A stretch of 64,000 nucleotides of DNA. It comes from Eimeria praecox. Lineage: Eukaryota. The position numbers and the translations under genes were made by a program. A model generated the notes under the pieces. That model saw only the letters and a program-made list of their open reading frames with translations, had not been told where the DNA came from and made no database searches. The stretch covers positions 5,332,001 through 5,396,000 of the forward strand of contig OY986948.1 in NCBI GenBank assembly GCA_963920595.1, read 5' to 3'. Positions 24,701 through 39,700 of this stretch are shown here, in pieces (within the stretch, counting starts at the first letter, position 1; each line of letters opens with the position of its first letter).

Positions 24701-27700
24701 CACTGCGCAATTGGGTTTGGGGGGAACGCGTAGCATTAGAATCGATGCTAGTGAATTGGGGAGGCCGTTTCCGAGGAGCGCAATACGCGTTGGTATGCGG
24801 CGGTGGCTCACTGAGACTTACGCTGAGCGCGTCAGAGCATTGGCGATTAGTCTGACTAGAGATGATGATTCTTTGCTTTGGGGGGACGTGAATAGCGGAG
24901 AGCGGGTCGCAACGCAGGACCACTTTAGGATGGTTTGCTCTAATGCGGATGGTGGTTGTACAAAAGCACGCGGAACCGACATCTTGTTGCACAGGTACTG
25001 ATTAAAACGAACGACAGTCGAACGCATTCGGCAGACGAGTGGTAAAAGAGAATGGTTTAGCACTTTTGTGTTCGGATTAGTTTCAATTTCTGCATGCGTG
25101 GATGTTGTCCTTCCGCGGTTGCCGTCTCGTGGCAGGATGCTTTGCAGCACCTCTCCTTAATGCCAGGCGGCCAAGGCGTCATAGGGCACCCTGGTACACA
25201 TGGGCGATATTATTTTCTGTGTGTCTTAAGAAGCGTTTGTTTTTTGTTGTTCTTCCTTCGACCAGCGATTTGGCGAGGGTGTCCGATGCGGCCACGTGCA
25301 CTGGCTTGCAGTTGATATCGAGGTTTGGCATGGCTTAGCTGCAGAGGGAGAACTCATTTCTGTGTGCTAATAGGAGGATGTGCTGATAGGAGTACAGTCA
25401 GTGTCTGGCAGATAGGTAGAGGGTTTGCATGCGCGGGCGTGGAGGCTTGTACATATGCGGCACGCGCATGTACGTGCCACAGCGTGGGCAGCGTGTCGGA
25501 GCGGGCACTGGCGTTGCAATCGGGCACGTTTCTGTCCAGGAAGTATGCACATCATTATGTGCTATTTGTTTGGATATGCAAGGCCTGCAGGAGCCCCAAA
25601 GCCTTGTATAATGGGTGAGGCACATACAGCCAAATCATCGTTTTTTGAGTACAACTATAAGTGTGCTTAGATTTGTTTCTGCTGGACGGAACACATGGGT
25701 GCTCATGCAAGTCCACACAGATTTGTGGAGCTGGAGTGTGAGGGGAAGTATTAGTTCGTTTTGAACGTGTTTTGCATTCTCTGGAGCGGCGCCATAGAGC
25801 TGTAGATGTGCATGCGGTAGACAAGATCTGGCATTACAGTCGGTGTTAGTACATGTGCGAGGCAGTATATGAGCGGCGCTATGGATGGTAGGTGGTGGTG
25901 GGCCCTCATTGAGATGTATGCTGAACGTCTACCTCCATTTGCGGTTGGTTTGGCTATACCTGATGGTTTTGGTTCTGGGCGGACGGGAATATTTGGGAAG
26001 GGTGCATGATGCGGCTAGGTGCAGTGGTTTGCAGTATATATCAAGTTTTGGCATGGTTGAGTTGCAGTGGGCGAACTCAGCTCTGTGTGCTAATGTGTGT
26101 GTCTGTTGCTAAGAGTATAGGCAGTGTTTGGCCGATAGGTAGAGGGCTTGCATGCTTCGAAGTCGAGGTTTGTACAGCTTATGTGCATAGTTCATCGCAA
26201 GGGGCGTGGGGAAGGGATCTGTGGCGTTGCGATTGCGTGCTGGTTTGTGCAGAGAGTATGTTCATGATAGGCTGCCCGGTTGCGCATATGCAGAGCGTTT
26301 GGAAAGATGACGAGTGTGTAGCCGGTTCGAAGTGCTGGAGGCAAGTGCATTTTCTACGTGCAGTAGTGAATGCTATTCTGTTTAAGGCTGTCTGGTGGCA
26401 AGCATAGGCGGGCGCGTTCAAATTGTGAAGCTGCAGTGCCGGTAGATGTGCGTCTTCGCCTTATTTTGGCTGCGGTCTTCTCTGGCGTCTGAATGGATGG
26501 TTACCTGGGCGCTGCGATATACGACACTGCGCAATTGGGTTTGGGGGGAACGCGTAGCATTAGAATCGATGCTAGTGAATTGGGGAGGCCGTTTCCGAGG
26601 AGCGCAATACGCGTTGGTATGCGGCGGTGGCTCACTGAGACTTACGCTGAGCGCGTCAGAGCATTGGCGATTAGTCTGACTAGAGATGATGATTCTTTGC
26701 TTTGGGGGGACGTGAATAGCGGAGAGCGGGTCGCAACGCAGGACCACTTTAGGATGGTTTGCTCTAATGCGGATGGTGGTTGTACAAAAGCACGCGGAAC
26801 CGACATCTTGTTGCACAGGTACTGATTAAAACGAACGACAGTCGAACGCATTCGGCAGACGAGTGGTAAAAGAGAATGGTTTAGCACTTTTGTGTTCGGA
26901 TTAGTTTCAATTTCTGCATGCGTGGATGTTGTCCTTCCGCGGTTGCCGTCTCGTGGCAGGATGCTTTGCAGCACCTCTCCTTAATGCCAGGCGGCCAAGG
27001 CGTCATAGGGCACCCTGGTACACATGGGCGATATTATTTTCTGTGTGTCTTAAGAAGCGTTTGTTTTTTGTTGTTCTTCCTTCGACCAGCGATTTGGCGA
27101 GGGTGTCCGATGCGGCCACGTGCACTGGCTTGCAGTTGATATCGAGGTTTGGCATGGCTTAGCTGCAGAGGGAGAACTCATTTCTGTGTGCTAATAGGAG
27201 GATGTGCTGATAGGAGTACAGTCAGTGTCTGGCAGATAGGTAGAGGGTTTGCATGCGCGGGCGTGGAGGCTTGTACATATGCGGCACGCGCATGTACGTG
27301 CCACAGCGTGGGCAGCGTGTCGGAGCGGGCACTGGCGTTGCAATCGGGCACGTTTCTGTCCAGGAAGTATGCACATCATTATGTGCTATTTGTTTGGATA
27401 TGCAAGGCCTGCAGGAGCCCCAAAGCCTTGTATAATGGGTGAGGCACATACAGCCAAATCATCGTTTTTTGAGTACAACTATAAGTGTGCTTAGATTTGT
27501 TTCTGCTGGACGGAACACATGGGTGCTCATGCAAGTCCACACAGATTTGTGGAGCTGGAGTGTGAGGGGAAGTATTAGTTCGTTTTGAACGTGTTTTGCA
27601 TTCTCTGGAGCGGCGCCATAGAGCTGTAGATGTGCATGTGGTAGACAAGATCTGGCATTACAGTCGGTGTTAGTACATGTGCGAGGCAGTATATGAGCGG

Positions 27701-30700
27701 CGCTATGGATGGTAGGTGGTGGTGGGCCCTCATTGAGATGTATGCTGAACGTCTACCTCCATTTGCGGTTGGTTTGGCTATACCTGATGGTTTTGGTTCT
27801 GGGCGGACGGGAATATTTGGGAAGGGTGCATGATGCGGCTAGGTGCAGTGGTTTGCAGTATATATCAAGTTTTGGCATGGTTGAGTTGCAGTGGGCGAAC
27901 TCAGCTCTGTGTGCTAATGTGTGTGTCTGTTGCTAAGAGTATAGGCAGTGTTTGGCCGATAGGTAGAGGGCTTGCATGCTTCGAAGTCGAGGTTTGTACA
28001 GCTTATGTGCATAGTTCATCGCAAGGGGCGTGGGGAAGGGATCTGTGGCGTTGCGATTGCGTGCTGGTTTGTGCAGAGAGTATGTTCATGATAGGCTGCC
28101 CGGTTGCGCATATGCAGAGCGTTTGGAAAGATGACGAGTGTGTAGCCGGTTCGAAGTGCTGGAGGCAAGTGCATTTTCTACGTGCAGTAGTGAATGCTAT
28201 TCTGTTTAAGGCTGTCTGGTGGCAAGCATAGGCGGGCGCGTTCAAATTGTGAAGCTGCAGTGCCGGTAGATGTGCGTCTTCGCCTTATTTTGGCTGCGGT
28301 CTTCTCTGGCGTCTGAATGGATGGTTACCTGGGCGCTGCGATATACGACACTGCGCAATTGGGTTTGGGGGGAACGCGTAGCATTAGAATCGATGCTAGT
28401 GAATTGGGGAGGCCGTTTCCGAGGAGCGCAATACGCGTTGGTATGCGGCGGTGGCTCACTGAGACTTACGCTGAGCGCGTCAGAGCATTGGCGATTAGTC
28501 TGACTAGAGATGATGATTCTTTGCTTTGGGGGGACGTGAATAGCGGAGAGCGGGTCGCAACGCAGGACCACTTTAGGATGGTTTGCTCTAATGCGGATGG
28601 TGGTTGTACAAAAGCACGCGGAACCGACATCTTGTTGCACAGGTACTGATTAAAACGAACGACAGTCGAACGCATTCGGCAGACGAGTGGTAAAAGAGAA
28701 TGGTTTAGCACTTTTGTGTTCGGATTAGTTTCAATTTCTGCATGCGTGGATGTTGTCCTTCCGCGGTTGCCGTCTCGTGGCAGGATGCTTTGCAGCACCT
28801 CTCCTTAATGCCAGGCGGCCAAGGCGTCATAGGGCACCCTGGTACACATGGGCGATATTATTTTCTGTGTGTCTTAAGAAGCGTTTGTTTTTTGTTGTTC
28901 TTCCTTCGACCAGCGATTTGGCGAGGGTGTCCGATGCGGCCACGTGCACTGGCTTGCAGTTGATATCGAGGTTTGGCATGGCTTAGCTGCAGTGGGCTAA
29001 CTCATTTCTGTGTGCTAATAGGAGGAAGTGCTGATAGGAGTACAGTCAGTGTTTGGCAGATAGGTAGAGGGTTTGCATGCGCGGGCGTGGAGGCTTGTAC
29101 ATATGCGGCACGCGCATGTACGTGCCACAGCGTGGGCAGCGTGTCGGAGCGGGCACTGGCGTTGCAATCGGGCACGTTTCTGTCCAGGAAGTATGCACAT
29201 CATTAGGTGCTATTTGTTTGGATATGCAAGGCCTGCAGGAGCCCCAAAGCCTTGTATAATGGGTGAGGCACATACAGCCAAATCATCGTTTTTTGAGTAC
29301 AACTATAAGTGTGCTTAGATTTGTTTCTGCTGGACGGAACACATGGGTGCTCATGCAAGTCCACACAGATTTGTGGAGCTGGAGTGTGAGGGGAAGTATT
29401 AGTTCGTTTTGAACGTGTTTTGCATTCTCTGGAGGGGCGCGATAGAGCTGTAGATGTGCATGTGGTAGACAAGATCTGGCATTACAGTCGGTGTTAGTAC
29501 ATGTGCGAGGCAGTATATGAGCGGCGCTATGGATGGTAGGTGGTGGTGGGCCCTCATTGAGATGTATGCTGAACGTCTACCTCCATTTGCGGTTGGTTTG
29601 GCTATACCTGATGGTTTTGGTTCTGGGCGGACGGGAATATTTGGGAAGGGTGCATGATGCGGCTAGGTGCAGTGGTTTGCAGTATATATCAAGTTTTGGC
29701 ATGGTTGAGTTGCAGTGGGCGAACTCAGCTCTGTGTGCTAATGTGTGTGTCTGTTGCTAAGAGTATAGGCAGTGTTTGGCCGATAGGTAGAGGGCTTGCA
29801 TGCTTCGAAGTCGAGGTTTGTACAGCTTATGTGCATAGTTCATCGCAAGGGGCGTGGGGAAGGGATCTGTGGCGTTGCGATTGCGTGCTGGTTTGTGCAG
29901 AGAGTATGTTCATGATAGGCTGCCCGGTTGCGCATATGCAGAGCGTTTGGAAAGATGACGAGTGTGTAGCCGGTTCGAAGTGCTGGAGGCAAGTGCATTT
30001 TCTACGTGCAGTAGTGAATGCTATTCTGTTTAAGGCTGTCTGGTGGCAAGCATAGGCGGGCGCGTTCAAATTGTGAAGCTGCAGTGCCGGTAGATGTGCG
30101 TCTTCGCCTTATTTTGGCTGCGGTCTTCTCTGGCGTCTGAATGGATGGTTACCTGGGCGCTGCGATATACGACACTGCGCAATTGGGTTTGGGGGGAACG
30201 CGTAGCATTAGAATCGATGCTAGTGAATTGGGGAGGCCGTTTTCGAGGAGCGCAATACGCGTTGGTATGCGGCGGTGGCTCACTGAGACTTACGCTGAGC
30301 GCGTCAGAGCATTGGCGATTAGTCTGACTAGAGATGATGATTCTTTGCTTTGGGGGGACGTGAATAGCGGAGAGCGGGTCGCAACGCAGGACCACTTTAG
30401 GATGGTTTGCTCTAATGCGGATGGTGGTTGTACAAAAGCACGCGGAACCGACATCTTGTTGCACAGGTACTGATTAAAACGAACGACAGTCGAACGCATT
30501 CGGCAGACGAGTGGTAAAAGAGAATGGTTTAGCACTTTTGTGTTCGGATTAGTTTCAATTTCTGCATGCGTGGATGTTGTCCTTCCGCGGTTGCCGTCTC
30601 GTGGCAGGATGCTTTGCAGCACCTCTCCTTAATGCCAGGCGGCCAAGGCGTCATAGGGCACCCTGGTACACATGGGCGATATTATTTTCTGTGTGTCTTA

Positions 30701-33700
30701 AGAAGCGTTTGTTTTTTGTTGTTCTTCCTTCGACCAGCGATTTGGCGAGGGTGTCCGATGCGGCCACGTGCACTGGTTTGCAGTTGATATCGAGGTTTAG
30801 CATGGCTGAGGTGCAGTGGGCTAACTCATCGCTGTGTGCTACTAGGAGGAAGTGCTGATAGGAGTACAGTCAGTGTTTGGCAGATAGGTAGAGGGTTTGC
30901 ATGCGCGGGCGTGGAGGCTTGTACATATGCGGCACGCGCATGTACGTGCCACAGCGTGGGCAGCGTGTCGGAGCGGGCACTGGCGTTGCAATCGGGCACG
31001 TTTCTGTCCAGGAAGTATGCACATCATTATGTGCTATTTGTTTGGATACGCAAGGCCTGCAGGAGCCCCAAAGCCTTGTATAATGGGTGAGGCACATACA
31101 GCCAAATCATCGTTTTTTGAGTACAACTATAAGTGTGCTTAGATTTATTTCTGCTGGACGGAACACATGGGTGCTCATGCAAGTCCACACAGATTTGTGG
31201 AGCTGGAGTGTGAGGGGAAGTATTAGTTCGTTTTGAACGTGTTTTGCATTCTCTGGAGCGGCGCCATAGAGCTGTAGATATGCATGTGGTAGACATGATC
31301 TGGCATTACAGTCGGTGTTAGTACATGTGCGAGGCAGTATATGAGCGGCGCTATGGATGGTAGGTGGTGGTGGGCCCTCATTGAGATGTATGCTGAACGT
31401 CTACCTCCATTTGCGGTTGGTTTGGCTATACCTGATGGTTTTGGTTCTGGGCGGACGGGAATATTTGGGAAGGGTGCATGATGCGGCTAGGTGCAGTGGT
31501 TTGCAGTATATATCAAGTTTTGGCATGGTTGAGTTGCAGTGGGCGAACTCAGCTCTGTGTGCTAATAGCAGTGTGTGCTGCTAAGAGTATAGGCAGTGTT
31601 TGGCCGATAGGTAGAGGGCTTGCATGCTTCGAAGTCGAGGTTTGTACAGCTTATGTGCGTAGTTCATCGCAAGGGGCGTGGGGAAGGGATCTGTGGCGTT
31701 GCGATTGCGTGCTGGTTTGTGCAGAGAGTATGTTCATGATAGGCTGCCCGGTTGCGCATATGCAGAGCGTTTGGAAAGATGACGAGTGTGTAGCCGGTTC
31801 GAAGTGCTGGAGGCAAGTGCATTTTCTACGTGCAGTAGTGAATGCTATTCTGTTTAAGGCTGTCTGGTGGCAAGCATAGGCGGGCGCGTTCAAATTGTGA
31901 AGCTGCAGTGCCGGTAGATGTGCGTCTTCGCCTTATTTTGGCTGCGGTCTTCTCTGGCGTCTGAATGGATGGTTACCTGGGCGCTGCGATATACGACACT
32001 GCGCAATTGGGTTTGGGGGGAACGCGTAGCATTAGAATCGATGCTAGTGAATTGGGGAGGCCGTTTTCGAGGAGCGCAATACGCGTTGGTATGCGGCGGT
32101 GGCTCACTGAGACTTACGCTGAGCGCGTCAGAGCATTGGCGATTAGTCTGACTAGAGATGATGATTCTTTGCTTTGGGGGGACGTGAATAGCGGAGAGCG
32201 GGTCGCAACGCAGGACCACTTTAGGATGGTTTGCTCTAATGCGGATGGTGGTTGTACAAAAGCACGCGGAACCGACATCTTGTTGCACAGGTACTGATTA
32301 AAACGAACGACAGTCGAACGCATTCGGCAGACGAGTGGTAAAAGAGAATGGTTTAGCACTTTTGTGTTCGGATTAGCTTCAATTTCTGCATGCGTGGATG
32401 TTGTCCTTCCGCGGTTGCCGTCTCGTGGCAGGATGCTTTGCAGCACCTCTCCTTAATGCCAGGCGGCCAAGGCGTCATAGGGCACCCTGGTACACATGGG
32501 CGATATTATTTTCTGTGTGTCTTAAGAAGCGTTTGTTTTTTGTTGTTCTTCCTTCGACCAGCGATTTGGCGAGGGTGTCCGATGCGGCCACGTGCACTGG
32601 TTTGCAGTTGATATCGAGGTTTAGCATGGCTGAGGTGCAGTGGGCTAACTCATCGCTGTGTGCTACTAGGAGGAAGTGCTGATAGGAGTACAGTCAGTGT
32701 TTGGCAGATAGGTAGAGGGTTTGCATGCGCGGGCGTGGAGGCTTGTACATATGCGGCACGCGCATGTACGTGCCACAGCGTGGGCAGCGTGTCGGAGCGG
32801 GCACTGGCGTTGCAATCGGGCACGTTTCTGTCCAGGAAGTATGCACATCATTATGTGCTATTTGTTTGGATACGCAAGGCCTGCAGGAGCCCCAAAGCCT
32901 TGTATAATGGGCGAGGCACATACAGCCAAATCATCGTTTTTTGAGTACAACTATAAGTGTGCTTAGATTTATTTCTGCTGGACGGAACACATGGGTGCTC
33001 ATGCAAGTCCACACAGATTTGTGGAGCTGGAGTGTGAGGGGAAGTATTAGTTCGTTTTGAACGTGTTTTGCATTCTCTGGAGCGGCGCGATAGAGCTGTA
33101 GATATGCATGTGGTAGACAAGATCTGGCATTACAGTCGGTGTTAGTACATGTGCGAGGCAGTATATGAGCGGCGCTATGGATGGTAGGTGGTGGTGGGCC
33201 CTCATTGAGATGTATGCTGAACGTCTACCTCCATTTGCGGTTGGTTTGGCTATACCTGATGGTTTTGGTTCTGGGCGGACGGGAATATTTGGGAAGGGTG
33301 CATGATGCGGCTAGGTGCAGTGGTTTGCAGTAGATATCAAGTTTTGGCATGGTTGAGTTGCAGTGGGCGAACTCAGCTCTGTGTGCTAATAGCAGTGTGT
33401 GCTGCTAAGAGTATAGGCAGTGTTTGGCCGATAGGTAGAGGGCTTGCATGCTTCGAAGTCGAGGTTTGTACAGCTTATGTGCATAGTTCATCGCAAGGGG
33501 CGTGGGGAAGGGATCTGTGGCGTTGCGATTGCGTGCTGGTTTGTGCAGAGAGTATGTTCATGATAGGCTGCCCGGTTGCGCATATGCAGAGCGTTTGGAA
33601 AGATGACGAGTGTGTAGCCGGTTCGAAGTGCTGGAGGCAAGTGCATTTTCTACGTGCAGTAGTGAATGCTATTCTGTTTAAGGCTGTCTGGTGGCAAGCA

Positions 33701-36700
33701 TAGGCGGGCGCGTTCAAATTGTGAAGCTGCAGTGCCGGTAGATGTGCGTCTTCGCCTTATTTTGGCTGCGGTCTTCTCTGGCGTCTGAATGGATGGTTAC
33801 CTGGGCGCTGCGATATACGACACTGCGCAATTGGGTTTGGGGGGAACGCGTAGCATTAGAATCGATGCTAGTGAATTGGGGAGGCCGTTTTCGAGGAGCG
33901 CAATACGCGTTGGTATGCGGCGGTGGCTCACTGAGACTTACGCTGAGCGCGTCAGAGCATTGGCGATTAGTCTGACTAGAGATGATGATTCTTTGCTTTG
34001 GGGGGACGTGAATAGCGGAGAGCGGGTCGCAACGCAGGACCACTTTAGGATGGTTTGCTCTAATGCGGATGGTGGTTGTACAAAAGCACGCGGAACCGAC
34101 ATCTTGTTGCACAGGTACTGATTAAAACGAACGACAGTCGAACACATTGGGCAGACGAGTGGTGAAAGAGAATGGTTTAGCACTTTTGTGTTCGGATTAG
34201 TTTCAATTTCTGCATGCGTGGATGTTGTCCTTCCGCGGTTGCCGTCTCGTGGCAGGATGCTTTGCAGCACCTCTCCTTAATGCCAGGCGGCCAAGGCGTC
34301 ATAGGGCACCCTGGTACACATGGGCGATATTATTTTCTGTGTGTCTTAAGAAGCGTTTGTTTTTTGTTGTTCTTCCTTCGACCAGCGATTTGGCGAGGGT
34401 GTCCGATGCGGCCACGTGCACTGGCGTGCAGTTGATATCGAGGTTTGGCATGGCTTAGCTGCAGTGGGCTAACTCATTTCTGTGTGCTAATAGGAGGAAG
34501 TGCTGATAGGAGTACAGTCAGTGTTTGGCAGATAGGTAGAGGGTTTGCATGCGCGGGCGTGGAGGCTTGTACATATGCGGCACGCGCATGTACGTGCCAC
34601 AGCGTGGGCAGCGTGTCGGAGCGGGCACTGGCGTTGCAATCGGGCACGTTTCTGTCCAGGAAGTATGCACATCATTATGTGCTATTTGTTTGGATACGCA
34701 AGGCCTGCAGGAGCCCCAAAGCCTTGTATAATGGGTGAGGCACATACAGCCAAATCATCGTTTTTTGAGTACAACTATAAGTGTGCTTAGATTTATTTCT
34801 GCTGGACGGAACACATGGGTGCTCATGCAAGTCCACACAGATTTGTGGAGCTGGAGTGTGAGGGGAAGTATTAGTTCGTTTTGAACGTGTTTTGCATTCT
34901 CTGGAGCGGCGCCATAGAGCTGTAGATATGCATGTGGTAGACATGATCTGGCATTACAGTCGGTGTTAGTACATGTGCGAGGCAGTATATGAGCGGCGCT
35001 ATGGATGGTAGGTGGTGGTGGGCCCTCATTGAGATGTATGCTGAACGTCTACCTCCATTTGCGGTTGGTTTGGCTATACCTGATGGTTTTGGTTCTGGGC
35101 GGACGGGAATATTTGGGAAGGGTGCATGATGCGGCTAGGTGCAGTGGTTTGCAGTAGATATCAAGTTTTGGCATGGTTGAGTTGCAGTGGGCGAACTCAG
35201 CTCTGTGTGCTAATAGCAGTGTGTGCTGCTAAGAGTATAGGCAGTGTTTGGCCGATAGGTAGAGGGCTTGCATGCTTCGAAGTCGAGGTTTGTACAGCTT
35301 ATGTGCATAGTTCATCGCAAGGGGCGTGGGGAAGGGATCTGTGGCGTTGCGATTGCGTGCTGGTTTGTGCAGAGAGTATGTTCATGATAGGCTGCCCGGT
35401 TGCGCATATGCAGAGCGTTTGGAAAGATGACGAGTGTGTAGCCGGTTCGAAGTGCTGGAGGCAAGTGCATTTTCTACGTGCAGTAGTGAATGCTATTCTG
35501 TTTAAGGCTGTCTGGTGGCAAGCATAGGCGGGCGCGTTCAAATTGTGAAGCTGCAGTGCCGGTAGATGTGCGTCTTCGCCTTATTTTGGCTGCGGTCTTC
35601 TCTGGCGTCTGAATGGATGGTTACCTGGGCGCTGCGATATACGACACTGCGCAATTGGGTTTGGGGGGAACGCGTAGCATTAGAATCGATGCTAGTGAAT
35701 TGGGGAGGCCGTTTTCGAGGAGCGCAATACGCGTTGGTATGCGGCGGTGGCTCACTGAGACTTACGCTGAGCGCGTCAGAGCATTGGCGATTAGTCTGAC
35801 TAGAGATGATGATTCTTTGCTTTGGGGGGACGTGAATAGCGGAGAGCGGGTCGCAACGCAGGACCACTTTAGGATGGTTTGCTCTAATGCGGATGGTGGT
35901 TGTACAAAAGCACGCGGAACCGACATCTTGTTGCACAGGTACTGATTAAAACGAACGACAGTCGAACACATTGGGCAGACGAGTGGTAAAAGAGAATGGT
36001 TTAGCACTTTTGTGTTCGGATTAGTTTCAATTTCTGCATGCGTGGATGTTGTCCTTCCGCGGTTGCCGTCTCGTGGCAGGATGCTTTGCAGCACCTCTCC
36101 TTAATGCCAGGCGGCCAAGGCGTCATAGGGCACCCTGGTACACATGGGCGATATTATTTTCTGTGTGTCTTAAGAAGCGTTTGTTTTTTGTTGTTCTTCC
36201 TTCGACCAGCGATTTGGCGAGGGTGTCCGATGCGGCCACGTGCACTGGTTTGCAGTTGATATCGAGGTTTAGCATGGCTGAGGTGCAGTGGGCTAACTCA
36301 TCGCTGTGTGCTACTAGGAGGAAGTGCTGATAGGAGTACAGTCAGTGTTTGGCAGATAGGTAGAGGGTTTGCATGCGCGGGCGTGGAGGCTTGTACATAT
36401 GCGGCACGCGCATGTACGTGCCACAGCGTGGGCAGCGTGTCGGAGCGGGCACTGGCGTTGCAATCGGGCACGTTTCTGTCCAGGAAGTATGCACATCATT
36501 ATGTGCTATTTGTTTGGATACGCAAGGCCTGCAGGAGCCCCAAAGCCTTGTATAATGGGTGAGGCACATACAGCCAAATCATCGTTTTTTGAGTACAACT
36601 ATAAGTGTGCTTAGATTTATTTCTGCTGGACGGAACACATGGGTGCTCATGCAAGTCCACACAGATTTGTGGAGCTGGAGTGTGAGGGGAAGTATTAGTT

Positions 36701-39700
36701 CGTTTTGAACGTGTTTTGCATTCTCTGGAGCGGCGCCATAGAGCTGTAGATATGCATGTGGTAGACATGATCTGGCATTACAGTCGGTGTTAGTACATGT
36801 GCGAGGCAGTATATGAGCGGCGCTATGGATGGTAGGTGGTGGTGGGCCCTCATTGAGATGTATGCTGAACGTCTACCTCCATTTGCGGTTGGTTTGGCTA
36901 TACCTGATGGTTTTGGTTCTGGGCGGACGGGAATATTTGGGAAGGGTGCATGATGCGGCTAGGTGCAGTGGTTTGCAGTATATATCAAGTTTTGGCATGG
37001 TTGAGTTGCAGTGGGCGAACTCAGCTCTGTGTGCTAATAGCAGTGTGTGCTGCTAAGAGTATAGGCAGTGTTTGGCCGATAGGTAGAGGGCTTGCATGCT
37101 TCGAAGTCGAGGTTTGTACAGCTTATGTGCGTAGTTCATCGCAAGGGGCGTGGGGAAGGGATCTGTGGCGTTGCGATTGCGTGCTGGTTTGTGCAGAGAG
37201 TATGTTCATGATAGGCTGCCCGGTTGCGCATATGCAGAGCGTTTGGAAAGATGACGAGTGTGTAGCCGGTTCGAAGTGCTGGAGGCAAGTGCATTTTCTA
37301 CGTGCAGTAGTGAATGCTATTCTGTTTAAGGCTGTCTGGTGGCAAGCATAGGCGGGCGCGTTCAAATTGTGAAGCTGCAGTGCCGGTAGATGTGCGTCTT
37401 CGCCTTATTTTGGCTGCGGTCTTCTCTGGCGTCTGAATGGATGGTTACCTGGGCGCTGCGATATACGACACTGCGCAATTGGGTTTGGGGGGAACGCGTA
37501 GCATTAGAATCGATGCTAGTGAATTGGGGAGGCCGTTTTCGAGGAGCGCAATACGCGTTGGTATGCGGCGGTGGCTCACTGAGACTTACGCTGAGCGCGT
37601 CAGAGCATTGGCGATTAGTCTGACTAGAGATGATGATTCTTTGCTTTGGGGGGACGTGAATAGCGGAGAGCGGGTCGCAACGCAGGACCACTTTAGGATG
37701 GTTTGCTCTAATGCGGATGGTGGTTGTACAAAAGCACGCGGAACCGACATCTTGTTGCACAGGTACTGATTAAAACGAACGACAGTCGAACGCATTCGGC
37801 AGACGAGTGGTAAAAGAGAATGGTTTAGCACTTTTGTGTTCGGATTAGTTTCAATTTCTGCATGCGTGGATGTTGTCCTTCCGCGGTTGCCGTCTCGTGG
37901 CAGGATGCTTTGCAGCACCTCTCCTTAATGCCAGGCGGCCAAGGCGTCATAGGGCACCCTGGTACACATGGGCGATATTATTTTCTGTGTGTCTTAAGAA
38001 GCGTTTGTTTTTTGTTGTTCTTCCTTCGACCAGCGATTTGGCGAGGGTGTCCGATGCGGCCACGTGCACTGGCGTGCAGTTGATATCGAGGTTTGGCATG
38101 GCTTAGCTGCAGTGGGCTAACTCATTTCTGTGTGCTAATAGGAGGAAGTGCTGATAGGAGTACAGTCAGTGTTTGGCAGATAGGTAGAGGGTTTGCATGC
38201 GCGGGCGTGGAGGCTTGTACATATGCGGCACGCGCATGTACGTGCCACAGCGTGGGCAGCGTGTCGGAGCGGGCACTGGCGTTGCAATCGGGCACGTTTC
38301 TGTCCAGGAAGTATGCACATCATTATGTGCTATTTGTTTGGATACGCAAGGCCTGCAGGAGCCCCAAAGCCTTGTATAATGGGTGAGGCACATACAGCCA
38401 AATCATCGTTTTTTGAGTACAACTATAAGTGTGCTTAGATTTATTTCTGCTGGACGGAACACATGGGTGCTCATGCAAGTCCACACAGATTTGTGGAGCT
38501 GGAGTGTGAGGGGAAGTATTAGTTCGTTTTGAACGTGTTTTGCATTCTCTGGAGCGGCGCCATAGAGCTGTAGATATGCATGTGGTAGACATGATCTGGC
38601 ATTACAGTCGGTGTTAGTACATGTGCGAGGCAGTATATGAGCGGCGCTATGGATGGTAGGTGGTGGTGGGCCCTCATTGAGATGTATGCTGAACGTCTAC
38701 CTCCATTTGCGGTTGGTTTGGCTATACCTGATGGTTTTGGTTCTGGGCGGACGGGAATATTTGGGAAGGGTGCATGATGCGGCTAGGTGCAGTGGTTTGC
38801 AGTATATATCAAGTTTTGGCATGGTTGAGTTGCAGTGGGCGAACTCAGCTCTGTGTGCTAATAGCAGTGTGTGCTGCTAAGAGTATAGGCAGTGTTTGGC
38901 CGATAGGTAGAGGGCTTGCATGCTTCGAAGTCGAGGTTTGTACAGCTTATGTGCATAGTTCATCGCAAGGGGCGTGGGGAAGGGATCTGTGGCGTTGCGA
39001 TTGCGTGCTGGTTTGTGCAGAGAGTATGTTCATGATAGGCTGCCCGGTTGCGCATATGCAGAGCGTTTGGAAAGATGACGAGTGTGTAGCCGGTTCGAAG
39101 TGCTGGAGGCAAGTGCATTTTCTACGTGCAGTAGTGAATGCTATTCTGTTTAAGGCTGTCTGGTGGCAAGCATAGGCGGGCGCGTTCAAATTGTGAAGCT
39201 GCAATGCCGGTAGATGTGCGTCTTCGCCTTATTTTGGCTGCGGTCTTCTCTGGCGTCTGAATGGATGGTTACCTGGGCGCTGCGATATACGACACTGCGC
39301 AATTGGGTTTGGGGGGAACGCGTAGCATTAGAATCGATGCTAGTGAATTGGGGAGGCCGTTTTCGAGGAGCGCAATACGCGTTGGTATGCGGCGGTGGCT
39401 CACTGAGACTTACGCTGAGCGCGTCAGAGCATTGGCGATTAGTCTGACTAGAGATGATGATTCTTTGCTTTGGGGGGACGTGAATAGCGGAGAGCGGGTC
39501 GCAACGCAGGACCACTTTAGGATGGTTTGCTCTAATGCGGATGGTGGTTGTACAAAAGCACGCGGAACCGACATCTTGTTGCACAGGTACTGATTAAAAC
39601 GAACGACAGTCGAACGCATTCGGCAGACGAGTGGTAAAAGAGAATGGTTTAGCACTTTTGTGTTCGGATTAGTTTCAATTTCTGCATGCGTGGATGTTGT

